A stretch of 64,000 nt of DNA from Octopus sinensis. Its lineage: Eukaryota. The DNA is taken from positions 66,402,001 through 66,466,000 of the forward strand of contig NC_042998.1 of assembly GCF_006345805.1 (NCBI RefSeq). Direction: 5' to 3'. The position numbers were made by a program, and so were the translations under genes. The stretch's first letter is position 1; each line of letters begins with the position of its first letter. The notes below the pieces were generated by a model that saw only the letters and a program-made list of their open reading frames with translations, was not told the DNA's origin and did not search any database. Shown here piece after piece: positions 26,732 through 38,544 of this stretch.

Positions 26732-29600
26732 CTATTGCCGTGAGGTAGGTTCATCTAGGACTCTTGACAGGAAGATGTCCAGCTTTGATTTAAAAACCGC
26801 TACATCTACTTTGTGCAAGTTCCTCAGACTCTTTGGGAGAATATTAAAAAGTTGTGGGCCCTTGAAACCCAGGCTGCTGCAGAAGCTGGTCCTGAAGCGT
26901 GATGGCATTGCTGGGATCTTTGGCACTATGCAGTGTCGTCCCGTTCTCGCATTGGTGTAGCTTACAATGCCAAAATGTGGCACAATTCCTTCCAGGATCT
27001 TCCAGACATATATCACTGCATACCTTTCCAGTCTTCTCTCCAGGGAGTAGAGTCTTGGCTGTTTCAACCTATCCCAGTAGCTGAGTGTTGCAAAGAGACG
27101 ATCTTCTTTGTGAATATTCTCTGGATTGCCTCAAGGTTCGCTGTTAATTTTACACTGGTGGGTGACCATAGCTCTGAGCAGTAATCCAGGCGACTGAGGA
27201 CGAATGTCCGCCAGAGGACCATCATGGTTTCCTTATCTCTGGTTCTGAATGTTCTTAGGATCCACCCAGCCAGTCGTCTGCACTTTGTCGCCATCCTGGT
27301 AATGTGCACTTGGAAAGGGGTATCATCACTCTTGTCGATACCCAGGTCCCTCACAGACTTTGGCTCTGGGATTGAAATTCCCTGTGGACCGGTGTATCCT
27401 GTAAGTTTAATATTCAGTGTTGGATGCTGGTAGCGTAGGGCCTGGAATTTTCCAGCATTTACCTGCATCCTCAGCTCATCTGTAGATTGAGTCCAACTCC
27501 TGATGCAGGTGTGAAACATCGCTGGGGTTCTGTATTTTCTGCGTGACTTTCGTATCGTCTGCATAGCTGGCCAGAGTTGCTATCCGGACATTTGAGGGCA
27601 TATTTGAGAAGGCCACTATAAAAAGCAGTGGTCCCAAGACAGTGCCCTGTGGAACACCGCTCACTATTTGTGTGTTCAAAGAGGTGGCTCCATTAACCAC
27701 TACTGCCTGACTCCTATCTTTCAGGAAGTCATGCAACCACACTCCAAGTTTTCCAGCTATGCCGAGGTCACGTAGTTTTTGGCATATCATACCATGATCC
27801 ACCTTGTCAGAAACTTTTGCAAAATCAAGGTAGATTACGTCCACATTTGAATTGTTGAGTAACTGCCTCAACAACCAGTCATAATGCTGTAAGAGCTGGG
27901 TCAGGCAGCTCCTACCTGGTCGAAAACCATACTGGGTATTACTCAGCAAGTTATTTTCCTCAAGGAATGCGATTAGTTTCTTTCTGACTATCCGTTCCAT
28001 GACTTTGCTGATGGGTGAAGTCAGAGAGATAGGCCTATAGTTTTTGGCATCTGCTCTACTTCCCCCTTTATGTATTGGGCATATTATTCCCTCCTCAGTT
28101 TGCCATTCGCAAGAAAGCTCTGTAAGAGAATCTTGAGGGGTTTTGCCAGGGCATGCTTACACGCTTTGAGGAGGATTGCTGGGAAACCGTCTGGACCAGC
28201 AGCTGAGTTTGTGTCCACTTCATCTATGGCTAGTAGGACATCTTTTTCGCTAATGTCAATACATTATATGGTAACCGCCTCGCTCGCTGGTTATAGGTGA
28301 GGCGGCAAAGAAGTCCACTGGTTCGTTCACTTGTCAGTGTTCCAACTGGGTGGTAAAGGCACTTTTGAACTAGTCATTCAGCATCTCACTGATCATAGTT
28401 GGACTGTCTGTGCGGGAGCCATCCTTTTGGAGGAGGGCTCCTATCTTGTAGTGCACTGAGACTGTTTCTTTCGCGTAATGAAAGAAGGCCTTTGGGTTTG
28501 ATTTAATGTTTTTTATAACCCAGGCTTCTTTTTCTGCTTTCTCCTTCACATAGGATTGTTGCAGCCTTTTTTCGATCTCCATCAGTGTCGTTTTTAGGCG
28601 GGACGTTTCGCTACTTTTGGGATGTTGGTTGAGATTATTTGCAACCTTCGTCCGTCGCCTCATGAGGATCTTCCTGTCTCTTGGAATCTTGCTCCTATTT
28701 GTTTTGGCCTTGTGCTCTGGGACATATTTCTGGCATACAGCTTGCACAGAAGACATGAAACATTCTCGTTTCATGTCAAGGTCAGGTGTGCAGAGACATT
28801 CTGGTCAGTCCTCTCTGAGGATCTCTTTTTGGATCGATTTCCAATCTGCTTTGTGGAAGTTCAGATTGGAGAGATTTCGGGTGCTTCCTTTAGGCTGTAT
28901 GTCTCTGGTTACTTTCGGCCCAAACATAGACAGCTCTATTATGTTGTGATCCGAAACTGATGTCGGTGTCACTTTCACATCATGAATGATGTCCATATTG
29001 TTCGTGAAGCAGAGATCCAGAATGTTATTCGCCCTAGTTGGCTTGAGTACAACTTGCTCCATGAATAAGGTATTGGTGAGGTTGAGCAGGGACTCCATCT
29101 GTACTTGCTTGCAATGATTCATTCCTGAGAGTATGTGACCTTCGGGCCATTTGATGTTGGGGAAGTTGAAATCACCCATAAGAAATATGGTCACGTTGTG
29201 TTCCAGATTCATGAGGATTTCTTTAATTCTTGTGAGGCAATCTTCAAACTTGCCTATGTGACTTGGGGCATCCGGTGGGCAATATGTATTGCATATGACT
29301 ATATTATGTTGTCTTATGTATACAATTAAGGTGTCACATACCGAATTTGAGTATGTCATCAAGGATGTATACAGCAACTCCACCATGGCTCCTTTCCCTT
29401 CTGTCTGTTCGCAGTATGGCATAGTTTGGTATGTGTACTTCTGCGTCCTCTATATCAGGGTTGAGGTGCGTTTCCACAAGTGCTATGCATAGGGCTTGAT
29501 TGCATGCAGTAAGATCTCTCAGGAAAGAAATTTTGTTTCTATTTTGGTGCAACAGGCCCCCAATATTTAGTAAAAGTATTGGGGTGACGGCTGTGCAGGC
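26732..29600 (-). pseudogene. LINE ORF2 (APE endonuclease + reverse transcriptase), frameshifted
   Basis: LVETHL, YCPPD, MGDFNFP, NILDL, SDHN (APE); QYGFRPGRSC, YLDFAK, GVPQGTVLGPLLF, YADDTK (RT); C-terminal SLERRLERY..PQLFN.LP..LR. Confidence 0.9.
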
Positions 29601-29735
29601 GTTAGGGGAGGCCATCCCGTGTCTGTTGACTGTGGTGGTCTTGCATAGTGGTGGGCAGGGTTCCTTCTCTGTGCTTGGTGTAGCCAGGTTAGCTGCCGGA
29701 CAATTCTTTCCACCAAGCATAAAAAAGACTCTTGC

Positions 29736-30281
29736 TCAGCTGCTGCGTTGCGCAGAACATCTGAGGAGCGCACTTCGTTTTTGAAAGTTTTCCTGGGAAA
29801 CATTTCTTGTGTTCTCTCGGTAAAGTTTTTCTCTTTGAGTCCCCTGAAGTTCTGGCGGGGTGTCGGGTGGGCGAACGGGCAGTTTTTGCGTCCTAACCAT
29901 GCCAACATTTGCCTCGCAGGTAGAACTTACAGGTTCTTCGGTGCCTTCCAGATTTCTTCTTTCCTGAAGTGTACTGGGTGGCATTAGATCCTCCATGGGG
30001 TTCTCTGCTATTTGTGTGGTGGGTTGGGGTTTCAGCTTTGGTTGTTTTGCCTTTTTCTCCTTTTCCCTCCTTATTTTTGTTTTCGGTCCTTCCTTTTTTC
30101 TTCTGTTTTTCTAATTTATCTAAGTTTTCATTTTTTCGTAGAACCACTGGTACAGGGGTGCTTCCGGTTTCTGCTCCCTTTGCTCCCCTATCCTTCACTA
30201 CTTGGTCGTTCACCGGGGTAGGTGATCCATTTTCCTGAGGACCCCTGGATCACAGATATATATATATATAAATAAATCACC

Positions 30282-30324
<43 letters not shown>

Positions 30325-30648
30325 AAAATATTATTTGAGACAAAACCACTATTTTGCAAAACAACAAGGAAAGACTTAATCAATACATAAAATTTAATTA
30401 ATTTGTAACTGAATTATTGGAAGTCCACCTGAAGATTGTCGATCAAGACAAGAAACGATTGTAGTGGCGGTTTCTTTGACTATTTATTAAATTTTATGTA
30501 TTGATTAAGTCTTTCCTTGTTTGTTTTGCAAAATAGTGGTTTTGTCTCAAATAATATTTTATAATATTTTACTATAAAATTGGATTTAATCCTAAATCTG
30601 ATTTTTTTCCCTGTAAATTTGGATATATTCCCTAATATTTATTATTAT

Positions 30649-30681
<33 letters not shown>

Positions 30682-30737
30682 TATATATATGTATATATAT
30701 ATATTATATATATATATCTATATTATATATATATATA

Positions 30738-30817
<80 letters not shown>

Positions 30818-30825
30818 ATATATAC

Positions 30826-30885
<60 letters not shown>

Positions 30886-31060
30886 AGATATATGTATAAC
30901 CCAAGATGGCTGTGATACGCCGAAATTCCCTTGCATTATTTGGTGTTGCAGATTTTCGAGGTGAAAATAATTTGTCGAACCAATTACAATAGAAAGAGCA
31001 AAGAGAGAAACACAGATCAAAAAAGGTGTCTGATTTAGTAAGAAGACAAGCATTTTTGCT
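29736..31060 (-). pseudogene. LINE ORF1 remnant (Lys-rich region + CCCH zinc finger), split by an insertion
   Basis: RTCKFYLRGKCWHG..NCPFAHP; the segment upstream of the insertion (30881-31060) is Cys-rich and reads ...GYTYICD across the junction. Confidence 0.6.
30261..30880. mobile_element. HHR family C foldback element with (TA)n flanks inserted into the LINE
   Basis: Core 30325-30650 homologous to 19514-19945 (short left arm, one HHR at ~30426-30468, stem III ACGATTGT); atcacagatata duplicated at 30249-30260 and 30881-30892. Confidence 0.85.
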
Positions 31061-31819
31061 GAAGTAGCGTGTCAGTTTCTACTCCCGCATCAAGTACTCC
31101 TCCAATAGTCTTCTTCATCGATTTCGAAAGGATAAAATCAAATTTAGCATTAAGTATGCTAATTAAATATGTAAATACATTTATTTGAATTAAGTATGTA
31201 AAGATATTGAACAAATAAGGTTAAACATCTTCCCTGCTGCTTTAACGATTCTGTCAGTTTATTAATAGACGTTGGTTGTGGAGAGAAGAAATGTAGAAAT
31301 TAATTAATTAATAACTGCAAATAGATTATTAAATATATCAAACAATGGGCACTTATTCAGTGAGTGATGAATAATATTGCAAGAACCATTCTTGCCATTC
31401 ATTAATAAATATTGAACCGCTCTATTAGGGATAATTATACAATTACAATTTTATGAAAATAGGGGGAAATACAGGAAATTGATAATTTACGAAAACATCA
31501 TACGCGAAGAGTACCAAATCAATGAACAAGTGGAAAGAGGGAAATGAATATAAAAGTTTGTGAAAAGGTCGAAAACGGGTGATTATTCGTATCATCAAAA
31601 ATATCTATAAAGGCTGCAAGACGCCAGAGTCGACACTGACCCCGGGAAATACAAAGCACTTCGTCCATCTTTGTGTTTTGGGTTCAAATTCTGGAAAGGT
31701 CAATTTTGCTTATCATTTTTCGGTGTCGATAACCTGTTGAACACTGGCGTCGATATAATCGACTTAAATCTTGCCCCAAAGTAGATTACCTTGTGTCTAA
31801 ATTTGTGTCCAATATTCTT

Positions 31820-32185
31820 TTTTACTCTAGGCACAAGGCCCAAAATATTTGGGGAGGGGCCATTCAATTAGATCGATCCCAGTACGTAACTGGTACTTAA
31901 TTCATTGACCCCGAAAGGATGAAAGGCAAGTCGACTTCGGTGGAATTTGAACTCAAAACGTAAAGACAAGGGGCTAAACACAATGAGGGGACAAACAAGG
32001 ACAGACAGACGGATTAAGTCGATTACATCGACCCCAGTGCGTAACTGGTACTTATTTAATCGACCCGAAAGGATGAAAGGCAAAGTCGACCTCGGCGGAA
32101 TTTGAACTCAGGACGTAGCGGCAGACGAAATGCCGCTAAACATTTCGCCCGGCGTGCTAAAGATTCTGCCAGTCGGCCGCCATAA
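31820..32185 (-). mobile_element. Two adjacent or nested SINE family B copies
   Basis: gaccccgaaaggatgaaaggcaagtcgac..ggaatttgaactc occurs twice; head ..gattctgccagtcggccgcc. Confidence 0.85.
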
Positions 32186-32814
32186 TTTGTGACCAATGTT
32201 ATCAAAACTATAACAATCATGAAGCAATATTATTCACCGCTATTGTTGGATTAACTTCAGTCTTTACCCTCATCTGCCTATGCATAATTGCTCCCCTTCG
32301 AATCGGTACAGACTTCAGGAATTGAAACGCAATGAAAATATACTGAAAGCGAGAAAAACATATTATATTATAATTAAATATAATAAAAGATATTGAATTA
32401 TGCATAGAAATTCTAAACAGAACAGTTCCAAACTGTCAATAGAATTGGAATACTTAAAGTTATTAATGATATACCACTTAATTTTAAAAGGAAAATATAT
32501 TAAAGTAAGAATTTATGTTTTAATTGCTTTAGAACTTGAAAGGAATTAAACTTACAAAACGTTTATCAACAAAATGTTTTTTGAAAACCATGAACTCTCT
32601 TAAAGAAGGAATATATGCATATTAGATGTCAAAGGAAATGCAGACAAACATTCATTGCAATGATTAAAGTGCAATTTCTGTCTGATTTTCTCATTTTATT
32701 TTTTAGAATACAACCCTTATCTGTAGGTAAATTAGGTAAGGAGTGCAATACGGAAATTAATTCGTTAGAAAACATTTAAGAAGAGAAGGAAAATCAGTAT
32801 GCGATAATGCTTTC

Positions 32815-32990
32815 TAATTTTGGCACAAGGCCAGCAATTTCGAGGGAGGGTTAAGTCGTCTACATTAATCCCAGTGATCAACTGGTAGTTGTTTTATCGA
32901 CACCGAAAAAGTTAAAGGAAAAGTCGATTTCGGGGAAATGCCGCAGACCACTTCGCCTGGGGTGCGAAGGATTTTGCTCGATCGCTGCAT
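32815..32990 (-). mobile_element. Diverged SINE family B
   Basis: ggcacaaggccagcaattt..ccagtgatcaactggtagttgttttatcgac..aagtcgatttcgg. Confidence 0.65.
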
Positions 32991-33011
32991 AGGAATAATG
33001 CAATGATATTA

Positions 33012-33130
<119 letters not shown>

Positions 33131-33260
33131 AGAGACAGCTAGGAAGATTCTTGGAATCTAAGATTACTTGATGTATCCCAATACGAGGATTCTGGACATC
33201 TAAGGCTACTTGCTGTAGCCCGATATATCAGGATTCTTTTCTTTTCAAACGGTCTAATCT
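33131..33260 (+). mobile_element. Short 3' end of a Dong/R4-type LINE
   Basis: ETARKILGI* resembles the GTARILRKVL terminus; followed by a UTR-like segment. Confidence 0.4.
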
Positions 33261-33329
33261 ACTGAGTGTATATTAATAATATACGGATGATAATTCATAA
33301 TAATCTTATTAATAAGATGATCTTAGAAG

Positions 33330-35385
33330 ATTGTCACAAACGACACAAAAAACTTGTCTATAGCCTGGTTAGACTATAAAAAAGCTTTTGATAGTCAACC
33401 ACATAGCTGGAATGTGAAGTGTCTGGAAACGTATAAAATAGCACCTACTCTGCGAAACTTCTTGTCTGCAAGTATGATATGGAGAACAACACTGACTTTG
33501 AACAATGACAATGAATCTCTTAATGCTGGTGATGTAAGATTTACATCATGTTACATTTTCCAGGGTGACTCTATCACCACTCCTCATTGTTCTAGCCTTA
33601 ATGTCTCTCTCGAAATTGGTCGATGATGTACAATACGGCTACACAATTTTTTATAAAAATATAATTCATCCCATTTAGATGGATAATTTAAAGCTCTTTG
33701 CAAAAAATTACCAACAACGACAGGGTTTACTAGCGATTGTTAAACAATTCAGTGAAGTCATCAGGATACAATCTGGCCTCGTCAAATGTGTGAAAGCTAC
33801 CTTTATCAATGGAAAAAGGACAGAAACATCCAACGTTAATCTTGACCAACAGAATGCCATAAAGGCGTTAGAACCAGCAGAGAGTTACAAATATCAAGAG
33901 GTATTTGAAGGGGACGGAATCAAAGATTCAGTGATGTGGGAAAGGATCCGAAGAGAATGTTATCGCAGGATGAGACAGAGCTGAATGCAAGAAACAGGAT
34001 CGAAGCGATCAATACTTTAGCCACACGGGTCGTGACTTACAGTTTCAATATCATTAACTGGTCAATTAATGAAATTTGTAATTTTGACAGAAAAATACGA
34101 TAATTCTTTACAGTGCATAGAATGCACGACACTAACGTAGATGTAGAACGACTTTACCTGCCAAGAAAAGAGGGTGGCCGTAGAATTTTACAACTGTAAT
34201 TAACAATGAAGATTGTGACAAATGGCCTAGACACCTACCTGAAAATCTCTGATAACTGGATCTTAAAACTTGTCTCAAAGCATGGAAAAAAGAAAGCATC
34301 AGACTTAGTAACAAAACAAGCAAAGGAATATCTAAGTGAATTCGAAATACAACAAATTCCACAATTAGACGTACTAGAAACAAGCAGATAAAAAGCCAAC
34401 CGTATGAAAACCCGTGCTAAAGCTGCTGCCTTAAATATTCTAACTGAATACAAGAAAAACATCTGAAAGTCAAACTCTGAACGAGAGCTAATGGTGCCGT
34501 TGTTGGCAAAGCACTTACCCATCAATTGCGAGTGTCTTGTGGCGTAAAATCTGAAACAAAAGGGTTTAAACATAGCAACCCAATATCAATGCCTACCTAC
34601 AAAGAAACTACCAGACCAACATATTAAATAATGGCAGTAGTCCCACTTGTCGTGTTTGTAAACAACAAAAGGAAAACATTGATCATGTTGTCTGCATGTG
34701 CAGCCTTCTTGCGCCTAAATAGCATCACAACATGCTTGATAGAGTAGTACTATATATTCACTGGGTAATTTGCAAAAACATGGACCTGCCACATGATAAA
34801 AATTTGTGGGAACACAAACCACCTCCAGTGTTTGGAAATGAGCTCATCTCACTCCTCTGGAACTTCACCGTTCGAACTGACAGAAAGATAGATGCAAATA
34901 GGGTAGGCATTATATTGAAAGACTTCAGGCAAAAATCATGCCTCCTCATTGATATGATTGTCACCAGCGATATAAACGAGTCAAGACTTACCAAAAACTG
35001 AGTAAATATAAAAATCTTGAAATAGAAATTGGCAAGTTGTGGAACCTCAAGTCCTAAACAATACCTGTTTTCATAGGTGCCCTAGGAATAATTCAAAATG
35101 GGCTGATTGCTATCTAGCTCAAATAACAGGTAACCCCAACACGGCAGATATTCAAAAGATAGTGGTGATAGGAACTGCCCATATCGTACGTAAAACACTA
35201 TGTAATCTCAAATTTCAAAACAAAGTTATCATTTTCTTATGGTTTCTTAAAAATTACCTAGAACAATACTATGTACAAAACCACATATATGACCCCTAGC
35301 ATGAACTTCTGACTTGTTGTCTCTTGAGGACTCTGGGTGAGACTTGGAGCTAAATTATACAAATACAAAGCAAAAGTCAAACGCA
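33330..35385 (+). mobile_element. 5'-truncated, decayed Dong/R4-type (REL endonuclease) LINE
   Basis: AWLDYKKAFDS.PH, IFQGDS, (Y)MDNLKLFAK, CRVCKQQKENIDHVVCMC, LLWNFTVRTDRKI.ANR..I, IDMIV, IVVIGTAHIVRKTL; ends in (AAT)n. Confidence 0.85.
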
Positions 35386-35393
35386 TAATAATG

Positions 35394-35464
<71 letters not shown>

Positions 35465-35465
<1 letters not shown>

Positions 35466-35835
35466 TGAAAAGTCGATAGATATGACAGGTTAGCTTGGAA
35501 GGTTAAGCAGTTGTGGTCGATGAGAATGGTGGTAGTAATACAACTAATTGTCGGAGCCCAGGGAAGAGTGAGTAAAAGTATGGAGAAGTACATGGAAGAA
35601 ATAGGAGTTGCAATAAGGGTAGAATACTTGCAGAAAACAGCTCATCTTGCAACGGCTCCAATGCTCCGGATTGTACTCGAAAAATAATCTTGATATGAAA
35701 TCACCTTCTCGCGAATACATGGTTGTGATGCATGTGCCTGGTATACCCTGATCGAACGGGCAGTCATGATGGGTATAGTGAGTTTCGTATATCGTATTCG
35801 AGTGTCACTTTGATAGTATGCACTGCCCTCTCTCA
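35465..35835 (+). mobile_element. Dong/R4-type LINE 3' fragment, second family
   Basis: EKVDRYDRLAWKVKQLWSMRMVVVIQLIVGAQGRVSKSMEKYMEEIGVAIRVEYLQKTAHLATAPMLRIVLEK*; flanked by (AAT)n. Confidence 0.8.
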
Positions 35836-35838
35836 CTC

Positions 35839-35916
<78 letters not shown>

Positions 35917-35917
<1 letters not shown>

Positions 35918-36858
35918 TTATGGGAGAAGAAACCTCTGCACGGCAAATATGTGACCCGCAGCAAACAAGCTGATGTTGACCAGAAGCAAACCCATCAGTG
36001 GCTGCGGAGCTCAGGGCTAAAAGCAGAGAGTGAAGGTTTCATCCTGGCTGCTCAAGACTAAAGCCTATTAACCCGGAACTACCAGGCCAATGTGATGAAA
36101 AATGGAGCAGACCCAAAATGCCGATTCTGCAACGACATGATTGAAACAGTGGACCACCTAATCTCTGGATGTAAAGTCTTAGCGCCAGTGGAGTATAAAT
36201 TAAGACATGACAGAGTTGGCCAATATCTCCACTGGCTAATAAGTCGGCATTACAATATCAAAACTGCCGACAAGTGGTATAATCACCACCCTGAGGCTGT
36301 AACTGAAGGAGAAAATGTAACCATTCTGTGGGACTTTCCAGTACATACAGACCGAACCATCAAGGCCAATAAACCAGATATTGTTGTGAAAGACCAAAAC
36401 AATAAAGTTTGCTTATTGATCGACATGAGCATCCCCTGTGATCATAATATCTCAGCGAAAGAGTTTGACAAGCTCAGAAAATATAAAGACCTACTCATTG
36501 AAATTGAGAAAATGTGGCATCTCAAGGCGGTTACAATACCAGTGATCGTAGGAGCACTAGGAATGATCAAGAAGGGAACCGAAAATTATATGAGAATGAT
36601 CCCTGGCTTACCATCCCTGCAAGAAGTGCAAAAGATTGTCTTAACTGGTACATCACACGTATTGAGAAGAGCATTGTCGATGTGAGAACTGTTGCTGCTC
36701 ATGTATTTTAATTTAACTTTAAAAAAAAAAAAAAAAAAATGAACGAACTACTGAGTTTGGTTTAGTGGCCTACCAATATACACTATGAGTTTCTTTGCCC
36801 TAGGAGTCGGGAAGACACTCGGCAAGAAATGGAAGAAAATTTGAAAGAAGAAAAAAAA
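35917..36858 (+). mobile_element. Dong/R4-type LINE 3' fragment, third family, well preserved
   Basis: KPLHGKY..WLRSSGLKAESEGFILAAQD, then the 197-aa ORF; (AAT)n on both sides. Confidence 0.9.
36092..36685 (+). CDS. C-terminal CCHC knuckle + restriction-like endonuclease of a Dong/R4 LINE (partial)
   Basis: CRFCNDMIETVDHLISGC, RHD, ILWDFPVHTD..ANKPDIV, LIDMSIP, KLRKYKDL, VIVGALG. Confidence 0.85.
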   Translation: MMKNGADPKCRFCNDMIETVDHLISGCKVLAPVEYKLRHDRVGQYLHWLISRHYNIKTADKWYNHHPEAVTEGENVTILWDFPVHTDRTIKANKPDIVVKDQNNKVCLLIDMSIPCDHNISAKEFDKLRKYKDLLIEIEKMWHLKAVTIPVIVGALGMIKKGTENYMRMIPGLPSLQEVQKIVLTGTSHVLRRALSM

Positions 36859-36859
36859 A

Positions 36860-36933
<74 letters not shown>

Positions 36934-36992
36934 AAGAAGAAGAAGAAGAAGAAGAAGAAGAAGAAGAAGAAGAAGAAAAGAAGAAGAAGAAG

Positions 36993-37029
<37 letters not shown>

Positions 37030-37035
37030 ACAATA
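36859..37035. repeat. Compound (AAT)n(AAG)n(AAC)n microsatellite
   Basis: Directly visible. Confidence 0.95.
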
Positions 37036-37688
37036 AGAACTGAATCTTGAGACCGAAACGCTAATCATAGCCACGGCATACGTAATCCCCCACTCAGAGG
37101 ATGCTGACAACAGACTGACCGTCTGAAAATTGGACGATAATTAACCATCAACAGTCAAAGATTATAATTTGCGGAAAAAGATCCTTTGAGACCTTTGACA
37201 ACAGGCTGCTGTCCACTCTCACAGAATCACCCAGAGCAAATAAGACCAAGCGTTCTGCGAAGCAAGACAAACAAAAATATGTATAATTACAAATCTATCG
37301 TTGTAATTTCCTGTCACCATTATATTGTATATTCCTTCCTTACATTCCCAGTCACCTTGTGTTTATTATTATACGAATAATAAAACGCTCATATATTTGC
37401 ACATACGTATGTGTGTGCCTGTTGTGTGCGTGGCTGTTGGTGTTGTGGTTGTCTGAGAATGAGACAATGGGCGGCTGCCTGTGCCTGCGATTCAGTGACA
37501 TCTTCGAAATAATATATATATATTTTGCTTAGCTATCAACTACCTAAATCGACTGATATCTGATGAGCCATAAGTTATTCATATCAATGAACATGTCAGA
37601 ACTACACACACGTGCACGCATATAGTTATCAATCTAGCGATCTGTTTCTCCATCATTTTTCCACGTGTATGAATATGTGTATGCATGC

Positions 37689-37719
<31 letters not shown>

Positions 37720-37851
37720 GTAAGGACAAATTTTTTTTAAAAATAAGTAAGGAAAAATTTTTTTAAAAAAATTTTTTTAAAAAAACAGAATGCTCAAATG
37801 AAAGAAAATTTTAATAAAATGAGAAAATGATAAAATATATAAATATATATT

Positions 37852-37892
37852 TATTCAACCGGTTTTCGTCATTGTATGACTTGTCAAGAATA
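37852..37892 (-). ncRNA. Hammerhead ribozyme, U3-A8 core variant (family E, 3' pLTR)
   Basis: TATTC-TTGACAA-GTCA(TACAA)TGAC-GAAA-ACCGGT-T-GAATA. Confidence 0.7.
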
Positions 37893-38544
37893 TTTATGTT
37901 TTAAGAAGTTATTTTAAAAATTAGAAATGGGAAAAAAAGAAAATTGCATTGTTTTTTGTAAAAGAATAATGATAAAAATGTACAAAAATTAAAAAATAAG
38001 TTCTCCGATACATTGTGAGTTCGTTGTGTATCTTGAGTTTTATGGTTGTTTACCAAAAAATTACCTTGAGGTGTTAAGATCCAAAGGGATTAAGAGCATG
38101 TGATGTGTTGTGTTGTTAAATTCAGCATGTTGCAGGACAGGAAGTAGTAGTAATTGTGGTCCTGGTTCTTCAGTTCCTGTGTTGTGGGTAAGGGGAGACA
38201 ACTCTTTTGAGTTCTTCAATAAAACCCAAATTATAATACTATCATTTTAGCTTCATTTGCATTATCTTTTTTATATAATTGCTTGTTAACTTAACTTTCA
38301 GATTTTAACACTTTATTTATATTATTTTCTAATAATATAAATCTGCATAGACAATTGCATTTCAAATTGTCATATCATTTATAATAAAAATTATAGTAAT
38401 AACAACAATAGTAAAAATGATATTTAAAGAATATAAGTTTTAGCTTGAAGTGATGAATGCATGGTATCTTTATATATTTGTGTTAGTCCATCCATGAAGA
38501 GTGAGGTAGAGAAAGGAAGTTTGATCAACGAGGAGTTTGCATAT

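Larger units (their letters stand above)
26647..31140 (-). mobile_element. CR1-group non-LTR retrotransposon, near full length, decayed and interrupted at 30261-30880
   Basis: ORF1 with CCCH finger, then APE endonuclease and RT in successive minus-strand ORF fragments. Confidence 0.9.

Noticed and set aside
37030-37260. APE-like words (LIIATAYV, KIIICG)
   Set aside because: Fragmentary, in different frames, with no further motifs
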